NCBI GenBank assembly: GCA_977030845.1
Contig: OZ365113.1
Location: 15,686,001-15,750,000, forward strand
Length of the DNA stretch: 64,000 bases
Origin: Fimbriosthenelais zetlandica
Taxonomy: Eukaryota
Direction of reading: 5' to 3'
Under the pieces are notes generated by a model. That model searched no databases, had not been told where the DNA came from, and was given only the letters and a program-made list of their open reading frames with translations. The position numbers were made by a program, and so were the translations under genes. Of this stretch, positions 46,151 through 59,549 are shown piece after piece (position 1 is the stretch's first letter; each line of letters starts with the position of its first letter).

Positions 46151-48665
46151 GTGTCTCAGTGTAGGAACCTAATCTATTGTATCACGACATGGAATCAGTT
46201 TGTGGAAATGGTTGAATGAATTGAGGGAATCAAATAAAATGAATGTAAGCCCTTCAATACTGTATCGTTATGGAACCAATCTGCTGAAAAATAATATACT
46301 TATACCCCACCCCCACACCAAAAAAAGTGAGGGCCTATAGATATTTTAGTTCGCTCAAATCCTCAATTCTTTCTCTCCGTTTTTTCTAGTCATTGTACCT
46401 ATATCTATCTGCATTCTTTAGACGTTTACATTAATTTCTGACGCATTGAAATATTAATACATTTCTAACGTATTTTTAAAAGAGTCAATGCTTCATTGCA
46501 TTGCATGGGGTTTAGATATATTCTTATAGCTACATTTGCCTATAATACATACCTTTGGTTACTGTATAGCGCATTTTTGTGAAACAGGCTATCCCCATAT
46601 GTAGACTTGTTAAAAGCAAATTAACGCTCTTTAAACTATTAAACTTTTTGTCATTAACTTAGTTGAAAGTAATATGTGTGCGGTTGTCCTAACTACAAGG
46701 CCCCTCCCCTCATCAGCCCACGCTCTGTCAATCGGCTTGCGACAAGTGGTCCCGACTTTGACCAAATCACGACGATTATTAGCGACTGTGTGTCAGTCAT
46801 ATTAGCTCCACTTGTAGTGGTTGATGTGAGAGTTTTGAAGTGAAGTTTAGGAGTAGCATCATTCACCTTTTCACTCATTTTGGTCAGGCTGTCGCCGGAG
46901 CGGCAATCATCGACCAATTTTGAGGGAGCTGAGACCGTGCGCCGCCCGCGGGCTCTGCTGCTGCTCCCCCCGCCATCTCCCCTCAACATCTAACCTTCAG
47001 CCCGGCCTACCTCCCTCCTGCCCTGTCTTTTATTGCTCAGCCGCTGTCTCTAATGCCTCGCCAATTACCTTCTACCCTACAATTTGGACCGCGCCGCCCC
47101 AAGAGGGGGAAAATGTCTTAATTTGAGCTTTCTCACATGCCGACGGCTCTTGGGCCTGTTCAAACTTTGCTCACGTACAATCTCACACACGCACTCCGTC
47201 CGTCCCGCATTTTGACGCAGGACTGCCAAGAGACATGTTATTTAAACCCATGTGAAAGATCCAATCCAATCCCTGTGTATGTGTACATGCATTGGAGTAT
47301 ATAGATTGCCCAAGATCTGAGGCCCTTTCGGGTGGGGGGCCTCCTTGCATAAAAAAAGGGTGGCGCTACTTAATTTTAGGGTTTTTAGGGTTTACTCCCG
47401 CGCTTCTTTTCTAGAAGTCTTATTAACTTTCCTGGGCAACTTTGCCAAAAATATGACAGGGCTTTCCCTAAATACCTCGCCTTTGTCGGGAAAGGTTGCT
47501 TCCCCAAAGGAAATAGTACAAAATCATAACTTAATCTGGCAAGGTGCAAGGTGGCAGATAAGACCTATAATACATACCCTTTAGTCAATTCTCACTAGAA
47601 CTTTTTGAATTATTTATATACTTCTAATCTATTACTTCTATTGCTACCATATACTTCTGAATTTAGTCGCGGATTCAGCTTTGATCGAGTAACGTACCCT
47701 AGGTTTCCTGAGGTCACCAAAGGCCTGGAGGCACTGTGCCTCAGGTCACGCTAACATTTCAACTTCCACATGATGCTAGACTTGAAATAATTCATCGATA
47801 TTGTTTTCGGAAGATAGAGTAGAGTCCAATCTGTAGGTAGAGAAGGTACAATCCATTCTTTACATTATCTGTTCCAGTCGGTTGTCCATTATACATGTGG
47901 TCAAGGCAACCTAGCTATATTACTGCAATAGAGTATACGCTAAATAAGGTACCATGCACATGAAGTCATGCCTAATTGGTGATAGTATTTTGTCCGTATT
48001 TGGCCTGAAGAACCTTCTTTTCCCATTTTAACCTTGGGTTGGTAGAAAATTTCTCCTGGAGGCAGAACTTGGCAAGTCTATAGATTACTGCCTAGGAGGA
48101 AATAAGGTGTCAGCTTTAGTGACAAAATTCGCGACCATTAACGCTTCCATTAGAAAACCATTGTTTGTTCTTTACGCCTCGTTACATTATAATTGCCAGT
48201 GAATACACAAAAGAACTTGTTTCCTGAAAAAGTTTTGTCCCCAGGCAGAAAATGCTGGTGATCCATCACCGTACATCAAGTGTTACCACCACATGCATGA
48301 AACACGCTTTGTCTAATGACATACTGGTGACTTGAACTTTTTAACACAACTTTCACACCTGTATTTTTTAGAAAAATCGCATCACCATTATCTGGGTTCG
48401 TTTGTTAAAAAGTGACAAAATGGGAAAGATGGGCGTTACGTAATAGATCACACGTGCGATTCAGGTCCGGGGCATTATGGTAATAGGGAAGTGCATGGTG
48501 CATGCATGCAAAATTATTATTAGGATCTGAAATGTCAAAACGGTAATTGCTTTCACTGTTGATAAGTTTTTAAAGCATGGTTACACTTCGCAACAGTTAC
48601 AGTGAAGGGTATAATGCCTCAATGGTGTTTCAGTGGAAGATTGGCCATCAGATATCGTTATTTAA

Positions 48666-49540
48666 CCCTTTAATGCCGACCAATGCATATATGCACTCAC
48701 GCAAACGTACGAGGAGTGCATATATGCACTCAAACCTGAATTTAGCCAAAGTAGAGCGAGGAATTTGCTTCAATTTGGTGAAAAAATCTTTCGAAAATTC
48801 CAATTAGAAGTGAAGATGGAGCCTTTCAAAGTTAGCCAGATCAAAATTTTAGCGACAAGGCGGATTTCCCAGGAGCCGGGATTTTGAACCAGAAAAATGA
48901 AAGAAACTTGAAAATGAAGTTTTTCATAAAAATAGGAATGGGAATGTTTTTATTCATTATTTTTGTATTTCCTATCCGATTTTTATCATGAAAACTTTAT
49001 TCAGAAGCTGGGAATCAGGACTGGGTCAGAATTATTTAAATTTAATATTTCGAGTGTTTCTGTTGCCATGGCAACGGCAGAATTGTGGCTTATTCCATTT
49101 TTACCCCAAAATCGGTTACCATGGAAACCAAAATGGCCACTTACAAAATGGTTTTTTTTCTCAAAAAAGTAGTTCATTGAATTAAGTGCAAAAAATTCTG
49201 TAGGGGGCAATTTTATGTTTTTTAAATTTATTCTTTTTATTTTTTTCATTTTTTGCCTTAAATAATTAAATAGAATGGATCTTATTTAATGCGATTTTCT
49301 TAAATTCTCCTATATTCAAATCATTGTAACTTTTTCTATAATTGGGCCACTGATATAGAGGTTACATGTTTGGACTCAGAAGAACATGCTGAGAATTCGG
49401 ATATAAAAAGTACAAAGCAAAGAATAAATTGAAATATTTATCTGAAGTGTCAAAAAGTGGTCAAATGGCTATTTTGAGGGCTATTTCAGGGTCCTCGTAT
49501 TGTGGGAACAGTAACTAATATAGGGCTCGGCATTAAAGGG
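48666..49540. mobile_element. piggyBac-type MITE (non-autonomous), 875 bp
   Basis: TTAA at 48662-48665 and 49541-49544; perfect 14-bp TIRs CCCTTTAATGCCGA (48666-48679) / TCGGCATTAAAGGG (49527-49540); CCC..GGG ends; no transposase ORF. Confidence 0.9.
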
Positions 49541-51039
49541 TTAATTAGCAATTTGCTGTCTTGAGGTCACTGCTGTTATAATGTGGTATTTTGAGTAACC
49601 CGTCGTTTTCCCCCTCCCTTCTGAGACAATATATATCTGCTGCAAAAAGTATCAATCTTTCATGGTCAGGAGTCATTGGTATTTAATCTGTGAGGTATCG
49701 GGTTTGGCCAGGAGCCATGTGGATATTTAACACAATTGGAAATGTAACAGTAGACGTGCTTACGTTAGGAACCTTTGGCAGAAGTCAGCCATCAAGGCCA
49801 GCAGCAGGCTTGCCATCTCACGCGCTTCTTGGCTTCAGGCGCTAAACCACAATTCTTACCGGGGCAAACTGAAGCCAAAACACGCCACCCAGAGCTTATA
49901 TCAAGACAAGCTTTCTGTCAATTCTTACCCCATTGAATGTAGAAAGTGGCATGACCACTGAAAGTCATGGATTCTTTGAAATGAATTAACTCTGGCACGT
50001 GCCTAGTAACGTGTCACTGGCAGTGCAGGTGGAAATGTTGCGAGGGGACAACATGTTCCTTGGCAGAATGAGAGATTTCACTGGAATGATAGCAGTTTCC
50101 TTGGCAACTACTCTTTCCACACACACCTGCTGACTGACCAAAGCTTACAATAGACAGTTTGATAAGCCATCCTCTGATCTATTGTCAAATCCATGTATCA
50201 TATATTATATGTAGCAACTTTCTCACGAACCATTCAGGCATCATGCAGTAAAGACTGCATATATATATGGGACCCGTGAAAATAACTGACCTGGCTATCC
50301 CTCCACTTTCTATTGACTAAAATCCAATGTTTGGTATTGCTGCCATTTCCTTTTGTCTATACATTGTAGAAATTAGATGTGAATGAAGAAAAATGGTGTA
50401 TACTGACTTGCTTTGAGGTGATTGATTATGCGTATCAATGCCTGGCTCCGGCTATATATCAACTAAGAGATGCAGATGCGCGCTATCCATCATATGTCTA
50501 GGCCATGATTACATTACCTCGCTAACATGTCTATTAATGCATTTATTTAAGACATCAAATTTATCCTAACATTGCACGAATGCCTGTCGTCTACCTGCAC
50601 GTCAACTGCCTTGTAATTCGCTAATTAAATATGGCGATTTCAGTAGGATACCGCGGATATCAAAAGGCTGAGTGACATGCATGTGACGTAAGTTAATCTG
50701 ATGAAGTTAATTGCACTATTAGCAATTTTTTCATCAGCCGACGTTCCTATTGGTGGCATGATCTTAAATTTCTTGCTCCTGCTGCATATATGAGCTCGTC
50801 GGAGTTTCAGCTGAGAATAGGACTCTGCATCCCATTGTGAAATGGCAATTGCTGCATGGACTGATATGAAAAAGCACAAGTCGTCAATTTATACACAATT
50901 GAGTCTAATGAAAAGTCTAAATTTCAGTGCATGGTCCGCCTTTACTATTTTTCACTTCAAAGAGTGAAATATATTTTATATTTGGACAACTGTACTAGAA
51001 GTACAGTGCTTGCTTATCTTTGTTATTGATGCATGATTG

Positions 51040-51420
51040 CGGATGTAGAAGAAAGGGCCTATCTACAATGAGCGGATACTTTTCTATTCAATCCGGGCAG
51101 TGTGCCCATGTTTAATGAAAATTGAACTATACCGATTCCTGACCGCATTTCCCGTTATAGTATCCTCACTAATGAGATTTATGACTCATTGTCATGCAAC
51201 ACTGAGGAACTGATCAAACGATTAAAAACTATTGAACTTGATAAACACATTGAATCATTGGTTACCTTTTGATTGTGCTTTATGAGATTGAAACTATTTA
51301 GAGCCAGGGTAACTCGATGAATCAGTCCAGTATGAAATAGAGGAACCAATATAGCCAGGCCTGTATTTATATTATACTCTAGGCATACCTCCCTAGAAAT
51401 TCCAGGTGAAACTTGTTTTA
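51040..51420 (+). mobile_element. Possible decayed non-LTR reverse-transcriptase fragment
   Basis: EIYDSLSCNTEELIKRLKTIELDKHIESLVTF*..LFRARV..RGTNIARPVF loosely follows the RT pattern KAFD..LL.KL..FL..R.FRV..G.PQGS.L.P.LF. Confidence 0.2.
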
Positions 51421-54400
51421 ATACATCAATTTAATGGGAGCATTTTTTTAGTTGTCCGATCATGCGACAACATCTCTTGTATTCATGTATAGAGAGGTGA
51501 CTATAGCATATCGGGCAGTTTAAAATAACCTGCATGACGTTTCTCTCATCTCCCATCCCAATCCTTCCAAAGAACCCCCACCCCCCCCCCACCCCCTCCC
51601 CCACACACACTCACATGAGAACACCATTCGTTTTCCCATATCAGAAAGCATGATTCCATTGAGGCAGTCACACTAGCGCCTTTGGTCCGACTTGCTGTAA
51701 TCCCTGTTAAAGCTATAGGTTATCATTATAGTATCTCCAACATATAGGCTTTTGTTCTCCATAGTGATGCCAAGTGACCTTTGTGACCTCTTTACATCAA
51801 TGCTGACAGTGGCCTGAGGGCAAAAGCTCCTTAGCAGCAATCATGTGAGATAATTAACATGTATAGAACACATACATGTTAGCGCCAAGAGGGAAGATGG
51901 ATTAGATTTACACACGCGTCCCTTCTTAATGGTCTGTATTAGGCCTGCTTCAGGTATAACTAGTTATCATGGCGCACCTCTATATCTCCAATCTCTAACC
52001 TTATAACGCTCCTATTCCTTATAATATGTTTATCATCTCTCACCTCAGTTATCAGTGTTAATTTTGATGGAAAGATGTACATAACTTTGCCCTTATACAT
52101 CGGTATACATTATATCAATTTTGCCCTTCTCTTCCTTGGTTTTATGAAAAGGGTAGCAGAATAGGGCACATCATAGACATCCATGGAAGAGACTGTTGTT
52201 GCAACTTATTGTTACCCTAAAGAGATGCTCCATTGTGTTTTTCTTTTGAATCATGGCAGCTGAGTCTTATTTCAAAACAAAATTGTGCCAAATTAAGTGC
52301 TAATACATGTATACATAGATCTATTATGCTCTTCAGCAAACAGCCATAGACATTCCTCCTTGAGATTCATAAATTCGATTAAAGAATACTGCAATCCATG
52401 GAACTGACACTGTCTGTAATGATCAGTCCTGCCTTACATTTAAAGTGCGTCTATGAATACGTAACTAGGAGGGACCATTATATGCTGCCAGTAGATAAGA
52501 AGGTCCATTCACGTAATGAAAGGTCTTGATAGTATTTCCTTGATTATATCATGATATGTATGGTGAATTAATTCATACCCAATCTAGGAGATTTAAATAC
52601 ATTTAGCTTCATTATCATATCACACCTGATCATGCATCTATGATAAGTTTCCTACATAGTTTATGCTTAATTGTGAGACCTACCTGTCTTCAGGGGTCTG
52701 CTTCAAATGAAGTGTGTGCAATGCTACAATGCTTGTTTGTGGTGCGATTATCGTGGTACTTTTTGGCATCAAACATCTAACATATTTGATAACAAAAATT
52801 ATAGTAACTATACATGTTTATAGATAATACAAAACATATCCTTGACTTCATACATTTTTGAAGGAATAAAAGATTTGAGGGCGAACTGATAAGTTTTACC
52901 TTTACTCAAATCAGAGGAGATAATCACGGTTTTAATGACTTTGAAATATTATTCTGTGATTCGAGAATTCGAATGCCGATTGTGAAGTGCATGAGGTGCT
53001 GAGACGACCAGGTTTAGATAAGGCGTAGATGATACAATTTTTGAAATACATAGATCTATGCATTAATTTACTGAGCTTTCCTCTGTATTCCGCTGCTAGG
53101 CTCGGGCCATTAATTATGTAGGAGAAAAGAGACATGGTGGCGGAATACACGTGGAACTCGATGAAGCAGTGGCGCCAGGGCAAAACGCGAACCAATTACT
53201 CAGGCTATATTCTCCTTCTAATTGCATTGAGTTTATGTAAAAATAGTGTGAGCAAACAACGCTCAACGAATGAATCTCCACTCAGGATCTACACTCGCTG
53301 CCTACGTTTGACAGTGACTGATTAAGCAATTCAAGGCAAAGCATGTGGAAAATGTTGGCAGCCAACATGTATATGTATAGCCGTATCATTTAGAGGTTTT
53401 TTTTTTACGTAAGTAAATGGAAACAATGCCTGCATGGGTTAAATTGATTTACGAGATGTGGTCTCACATGAAGGACCCTGACCTCTGAACTTGTAATTAT
53501 GATTTGATATTTTAATTAGATACCTTGGTTTTATAATTCTGGCCAATTATGGTAATGCGGTATGTAAGCATTACATTCTGGCTGTTTGCAACGTTCATAT
53601 TGGTCACTCACCATTTAGTTTGTTAATGTACTGGTTTGATTTCTTTTGTTCGCGAATAGAAATTTATCGAGGGATGAAGATGATTGATCCTGCAGCTGAA
53701 GGATGCAGAAATTAGGGTGTGCCTCGAGGGCAGACCATTGTAGCATATATCCTACTCTATGGTCATAATTAAAGGGTTTTAATCTGTCTGTCAAGACAAC
53801 CCTTCAAAGTCTACTGGTCTTGAGAAGTTTTTTTTAAAGAAAGAAAGCGAGACCTTAAATCATAGATCTATATTTAACCTATGTCAAATGGAGTGCATCC
53901 TTCTTTTTTGGTAAAATGACCTATTAGTCGTTTGAAGTCTGTTCGATGCTTCATTGAAACCATTTTCTTTCCACGAAGTATTTTCAGGTTGTCTCCCTCA
54001 GGCGTGTCGCTGCCATACTCTTCCTTTTTTTGGCCCGAAATGATAACATGACATTGTATAAAACCTCATGTTGTATAGGATGTTCTATACTTTTATATAT
54101 GTCATTAACAATTATTTAGGAAATAATTGATATGAAGCCTGTGAATAATTATGTGAGTATGTATGCTTGCATTGCTTCATAAACATGAGCATTGTACAAT
54201 GGGCGGCGCCATATGTCGGGCGGTGCGCATGCACCATATCAGATAGGCGCCTGGGAATGATTTCCCTCATTACATTTCTTACCATTACCTTAATTATTCT
54301 TGCCTAGTTGATTTTCCTCTTGTTTTCTTGGCCGCCATAATAAGGCATGACAAATGAAGATAGCGATTTTTGCCTGGGGCTATTGGCCTAATGACCAATT

Positions 54401-57400
54401 AACAAGTAGACACAGGCCTTCATTACACATTCAGCTTTCTTACCCGAGGTCATACGTCACTCTATGGTAAGGGGAAATGCAGGAGCATGCATGGAGAGAG
54501 GGACAAAGAGAGGGATCCTTAAAAACCTCCCCAGCTTTAACGCTTCCAACTATAATCATGTGTGAAGGAACCCAAATAGATTATGATCATAAACATTCCC
54601 ACTAAATTAGATTTAGTGGTTTTGAGCCCTGATTTAATTGTGGTAAGTGGAAGGAGGGATATGTTGGTACACAGTTTGAAATCACAGGTCTTATATTGCG
54701 TTGATTCAAGTAACCCCCTGTGTGATTTACTTTTAATAGCTTTTGTGGGTTTTGGCGCGTGGGTGTAATTCGTTCTGCTGGAGATAATAGGTTCTGGTAG
54801 GATAATGACAATTGATATGTCACATTAAACATATATAATATCTCAAGTATTGGATATCCTGAAATTATTCAGATAATTATTAATATTACTGAATATAATG
54901 ATTTAATCACAATATGTATTGCCTTCCTATAGGTAATAGATATGCGTAGTTAGTCTATACCTTGGGAACCTTTGTTATAATGAGTAAGAAGTTGGCAGCT
55001 TAATTCAATAAAAGGATGTCTCTTTCCTTCACGAATTAAATTTCTCAAAATCACCAATTTTCTCACGGCAACTGAGAGCGTGGGCGGATGGGAAAGACTT
55101 GAATGAAACGTTTGAAATTCATGAAGAATTAGCACTGCCAGGTTGGAATGTATATTACCATTCTTGCCGAGGTGTAAAGTGTTTCTCAAGGGTTCATATT
55201 CCCATGGTCAGGCCATGCAGAGGAAACCCAAGATCCTTCGCCAACTGTCCCTTGCTCGGATCATGGATGGGTTACTTCTATCTCGGCTGGTTGATTTTAT
55301 CAGAAAGCCACTTATCTGACATGTTTATATCCATATTTCACCACTGGTATACCCTCCTAAAGGCCACTTAGCGACCAGCTGAGATTTATCTCAAACCCCT
55401 CCATACCACCCTTTTATAGAAATGGGTGTCTATGGTCACTAACAATAGACCCCAATGACGGATGGGTCCAAGCGGGGGTTCAAGTTGTTACTCAAGCCCT
55501 CTACATTTTATGCATTTTTAAAAAGAGTAAAAAATATGATACATGTATGCATCTGATTTGACTGAAATACAGGCCCAGTTTTTTAATAGTCCCTTTTGTA
55601 CATTAACTTTTAAGCTCTGGGTTCATGGCTTTGATAAAGGACTGTTTCAAAACCAACAATATCTTATTGATGTGTCTGTGGACTAAACTAAAAGTAGCAC
55701 GCACATCTGTTAAACATTCACATTAATTAGGAAGCTATTTCTGCTGATTCTCATAAAACTCAAACCTGAATTTTCTTATCAACTCTGGGTGTGGTCCAGG
55801 AAAGCATAGGGTCAGCTAGTGGTCATTGGTGACCAGCTGCCTGCGGACAAATTACTTTAGCAGAAGTGTTTATTGAACACGATGCCATGCCTATTGAACC
55901 TGAAACCAGAAAGTAATGGCAGGGGAATGTTAGTACAAACCTTTCATATTTCCATTACTGGCCCTTGACAAGGTGGCTTTGGGAAGAGTTTGGTTTTATG
56001 ATTTTATCAAAATGACCTCAGATGAAGATAAACAAACACCAGTTGGGTTGTGTGGGACCGGGGTGTGTTCCCTCAGACCCAACAGTGTACCAGCTGAGGA
56101 AACTCCATGTATACTTGGATCATGGCTCAAGTTTAAGTCCACGGTGTGTTAATTGTTCACCAATCTTAATTGAAAGCTCTGTATTGTGGTGTGACTCAGA
56201 AATTAAGTGTCGGATAAACTTTTATCTTTCTATGCTACTTTCAAGAGGTCGTGAGATACCAATGAACTTACCCTCCACAATCCAATCCCTCGGCTTGCAA
56301 TCATGATTATCTTGATAACTGAATGGCCACCACTCATTTAATTTCAATCTAAATGAGACAAAAGCACATTTGCCACCTACGATCCCACGGTTATCTCCCA
56401 ATAATTGTTGGTAAGCATACATCTGGGCTTGATGGCAAAAAGATAAAACTGATACCATCTAATGTTAGTCTCAGGTGAATATCACAGGCGGCAGCACTGT
56501 CGGTGTCTCACTGCACTATGCCTGGGATGCCATTTCTCAAGTTTACTCGCTGAGGTCTTTCCATATTACAGATTTATTCAAGCTAGTACATTCTTGTTCG
56601 ATATGGCAACTATGTGATGCTTCTGAAATTCATTTTGATTAATGGTATTGGATACACACTTAACGTTTTAAGTCTATACATGATTTATTGGTCGAGGCAG
56701 AATCATATCAATTCAAGACCGTTAGTGGCGTTTCGAAGACACTTAAGAAAGATTATTTCAATCTAACATCGATGACTAATTGCAATTAGATCTGGTTATA
56801 GTAATTAACCATGTGTATAATTGCCAGCAACGCCCCAGGTATTGACTTTGATCATTGCCTCTAAGATCCCGTCATACCGTGACACTTCTCGCTCCCTCTC
56901 CTCTTATCTCCTCATAATGATGACACTTTTAACATTGGAATCATCATCTCTTTTTACTTTATTAACTTCCATCCATTTTATGTTTTGCCATGATTCTTAA
57001 CCTAAACCGCAGTATAGTTTTTTATCCATGGGCAGACTGATTTCTGAGGCAGTACTGCATGGAAAAGCATTCAAAATACTGCAGCTCACCATGGATGAGA
57101 AAGCGAAATATAAGCTGCATGTTCAGGAGATGCACCTGTTTGTGAGCGTTCTCCCCTCCGGGCGCCATCTTATCCCATCCAATCAGGCTGACTACAGGTA
57201 TCTTAATTACTTAGTTAATAGTCTCCAACTTGAGATAAGCCATGGAGATAACCGTGACAGCGTTGCACAAGATAGGACGTAAATCATCTGACGTAACACC
57301 TCTACCACCATCTCTCGCGTCAAAATGACAAGGCCTGCGAGAATTGACGCGTGACATAAATGGGATGGATTTTAATGGGTTGATTGACAGTCCAAGGCCT

Positions 57401-58190
57401 GGCCGGGGTTGGTTTGGTAATAAGTTAATTGGATCAGAAGAGAATTATGGCATGGACATTACTGAAGCTCTGCCCTTCCCTTCGTCACACCCAATCACTT
57501 GGTCGCTGCGTCAGGGGACATTATGGCGGCAGCTGGTCAGACTCAGTATTAATGAAATTGACCAACTGCAGGCCACTGTGGTTATAATATACTGCTATTA
57601 CAGATCAATAGTCGATTCAGGAACTACATGTTTAGTACTCACCACGGACAAAGCCTTGAATAGCAATGACTTTCATGAGTCAGATGTGGAACCATATGTC
57701 TCAGTTGAAAATTTCACTTAATTTAATGAAGGAAATTCAACAATGTGGAGTGCTGCTTTTTGCTGTGCAGGCTCCAAAATGACGAGATTCGATTTGGAGC
57801 AAGGGATGGGATTTCTGATGGCAAAAGAGGATAGAAGAATTTAGGCCTTAGTCATTGTGGCAATTAATAGTCACAGCAGGCGCACTTACAAGAAAATAAG
57901 CCAGGCGAAATCCCACGGCGAGACAATATTTGTAGTCAAGCTATCAATTGTTAATCAACATATGACCTTGCTATCTAAATGAGGAGTCGCAGAATCGGTC
58001 TTTAATGTGCCACAAATCACGGTGGAGGGCCTTGTGGAGGCCTGACCACCCATGACTAATCCGACCTGAGGTCCGCCAAATGCTCCGTATTATACCCCAC
58101 CCCGTCCCCCGGGAGAACGCGGGGGCTGCAGGCTGCCAATCAACATCTATTGTCATTCACATATTAATCCACCACCACGCATTTAGATCT

Positions 58191-58192
58191 CT

Positions 58193-58254
<62 letters not shown>

Positions 58255-58400
58255 GCTGTCTCTCTCTCTCTTCTCTCTCACCCTCTCTCTCCCCCCTCTC
58301 ACTGTTCTCTCCCCACCTCTCTCTCTCTCTTTCCCCCTCTCTAATCTCCTATTTCACCGCGTTCCTCTCTCCCTCAACATTCTTTCTTTCTCATTTTTCT
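58191..58400. repeat. (CT)n microsatellite with a degenerate pyrimidine tail
   Basis: Perfect CT run at about 58201-58253, followed by CT-rich sequence. Confidence 0.95.
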
Positions 58401-59549
58401 CCTGCATAGACTTTCCCTTGCTGCGAATAAATTGGTAATTTCTAGCCTAGGAATTTTACAATCTTGTGAATTCTTGTATCGGTGACTGCATTATTTGTTC
58501 CCCTGGGATGGCTTGTACACTGACTCGGGTAAGACATGAGCAGGCCGTGCCACACATACCTGTGGACCTGCTCGGGGGAGGAGCAGCTCGCACTAATACA
58601 GCATGATGAGTAATAGTGTAGATGGATGTTGTCAGGTGTGTGTGTGTGCCTGTTTAATCCCTCCACCAGACCCTCACATCCACCTCCCTCCTCCTGCCAG
58701 CCACGTCTCCCTCTATACAGATTGTTAGTGGTAAACAGCTAACTAAATGCCAGGAATTAGTCCCAGTCCACCGCCACCTGTCACTTTCAATCAGACATGA
58801 GGAAAACATGCTGTCCACATGAGACCAGCAGCTTCCCCCAAGGTCTCCGACAGGCAGACCAGCACATGGCAATAGTCTGTACAGACTGGGATGAACTGAT
58901 TATAATGAGATTTGCAGTACTAACAGCTATAGGGAATGGATTCTTCATCCATTTTTGTATAGCCGTTGCTGGAATGTTTGCATCTCTCGTATTGGTTCTC
59001 CATGTATATTGGCAGCTTCTAGTGAGATGACTGCTATACTATTATTTCTAATTTTGTAAGCCATGTTGTTTGGACGTAGCCTACGTCATAGACGTGCAGT
59101 GCTCTACGCCCAAAATGGCGGACCATTGCGTTCTGACGCCTGGGGACGTTGCGTGAAAAACCCAATGTTTTTTTTGTATTCTTTTGTCGGATGAAATAAG
59201 CATCTCTGTTGCCATGCATTTTTATAATGGCGTGCACATTTCTCTATGATATAAAGTCAAATTTATTACCAGATATTCAAAGTAGAAATACTGGGAAATT
59301 GATGAACACTTTACCAAGTCCAACGCGTGGACATCCCTCATTTGAGAAACGCGTCAAAAATTGGCTGCAAAATAAAAGCAACAAAAACTTTAATAAGAGA
59401 AGAGTATAGGTCTACGTATTCTGCATGGAACGAGGATCCATATCGGTAATGGAGTCGCCACCACTATACCGTCGAGCCGCGACACCACGCGGACGGCAAT
59501 AGTCTGAGCCAGGCGTATCTTCTGCTGCTGGCGAGGCCCATGTAAAAGT

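Noticed and set aside
58080-58409. 109-aa Ser/Leu-rich ORF
   Set aside because: Translation of the CT microsatellite.
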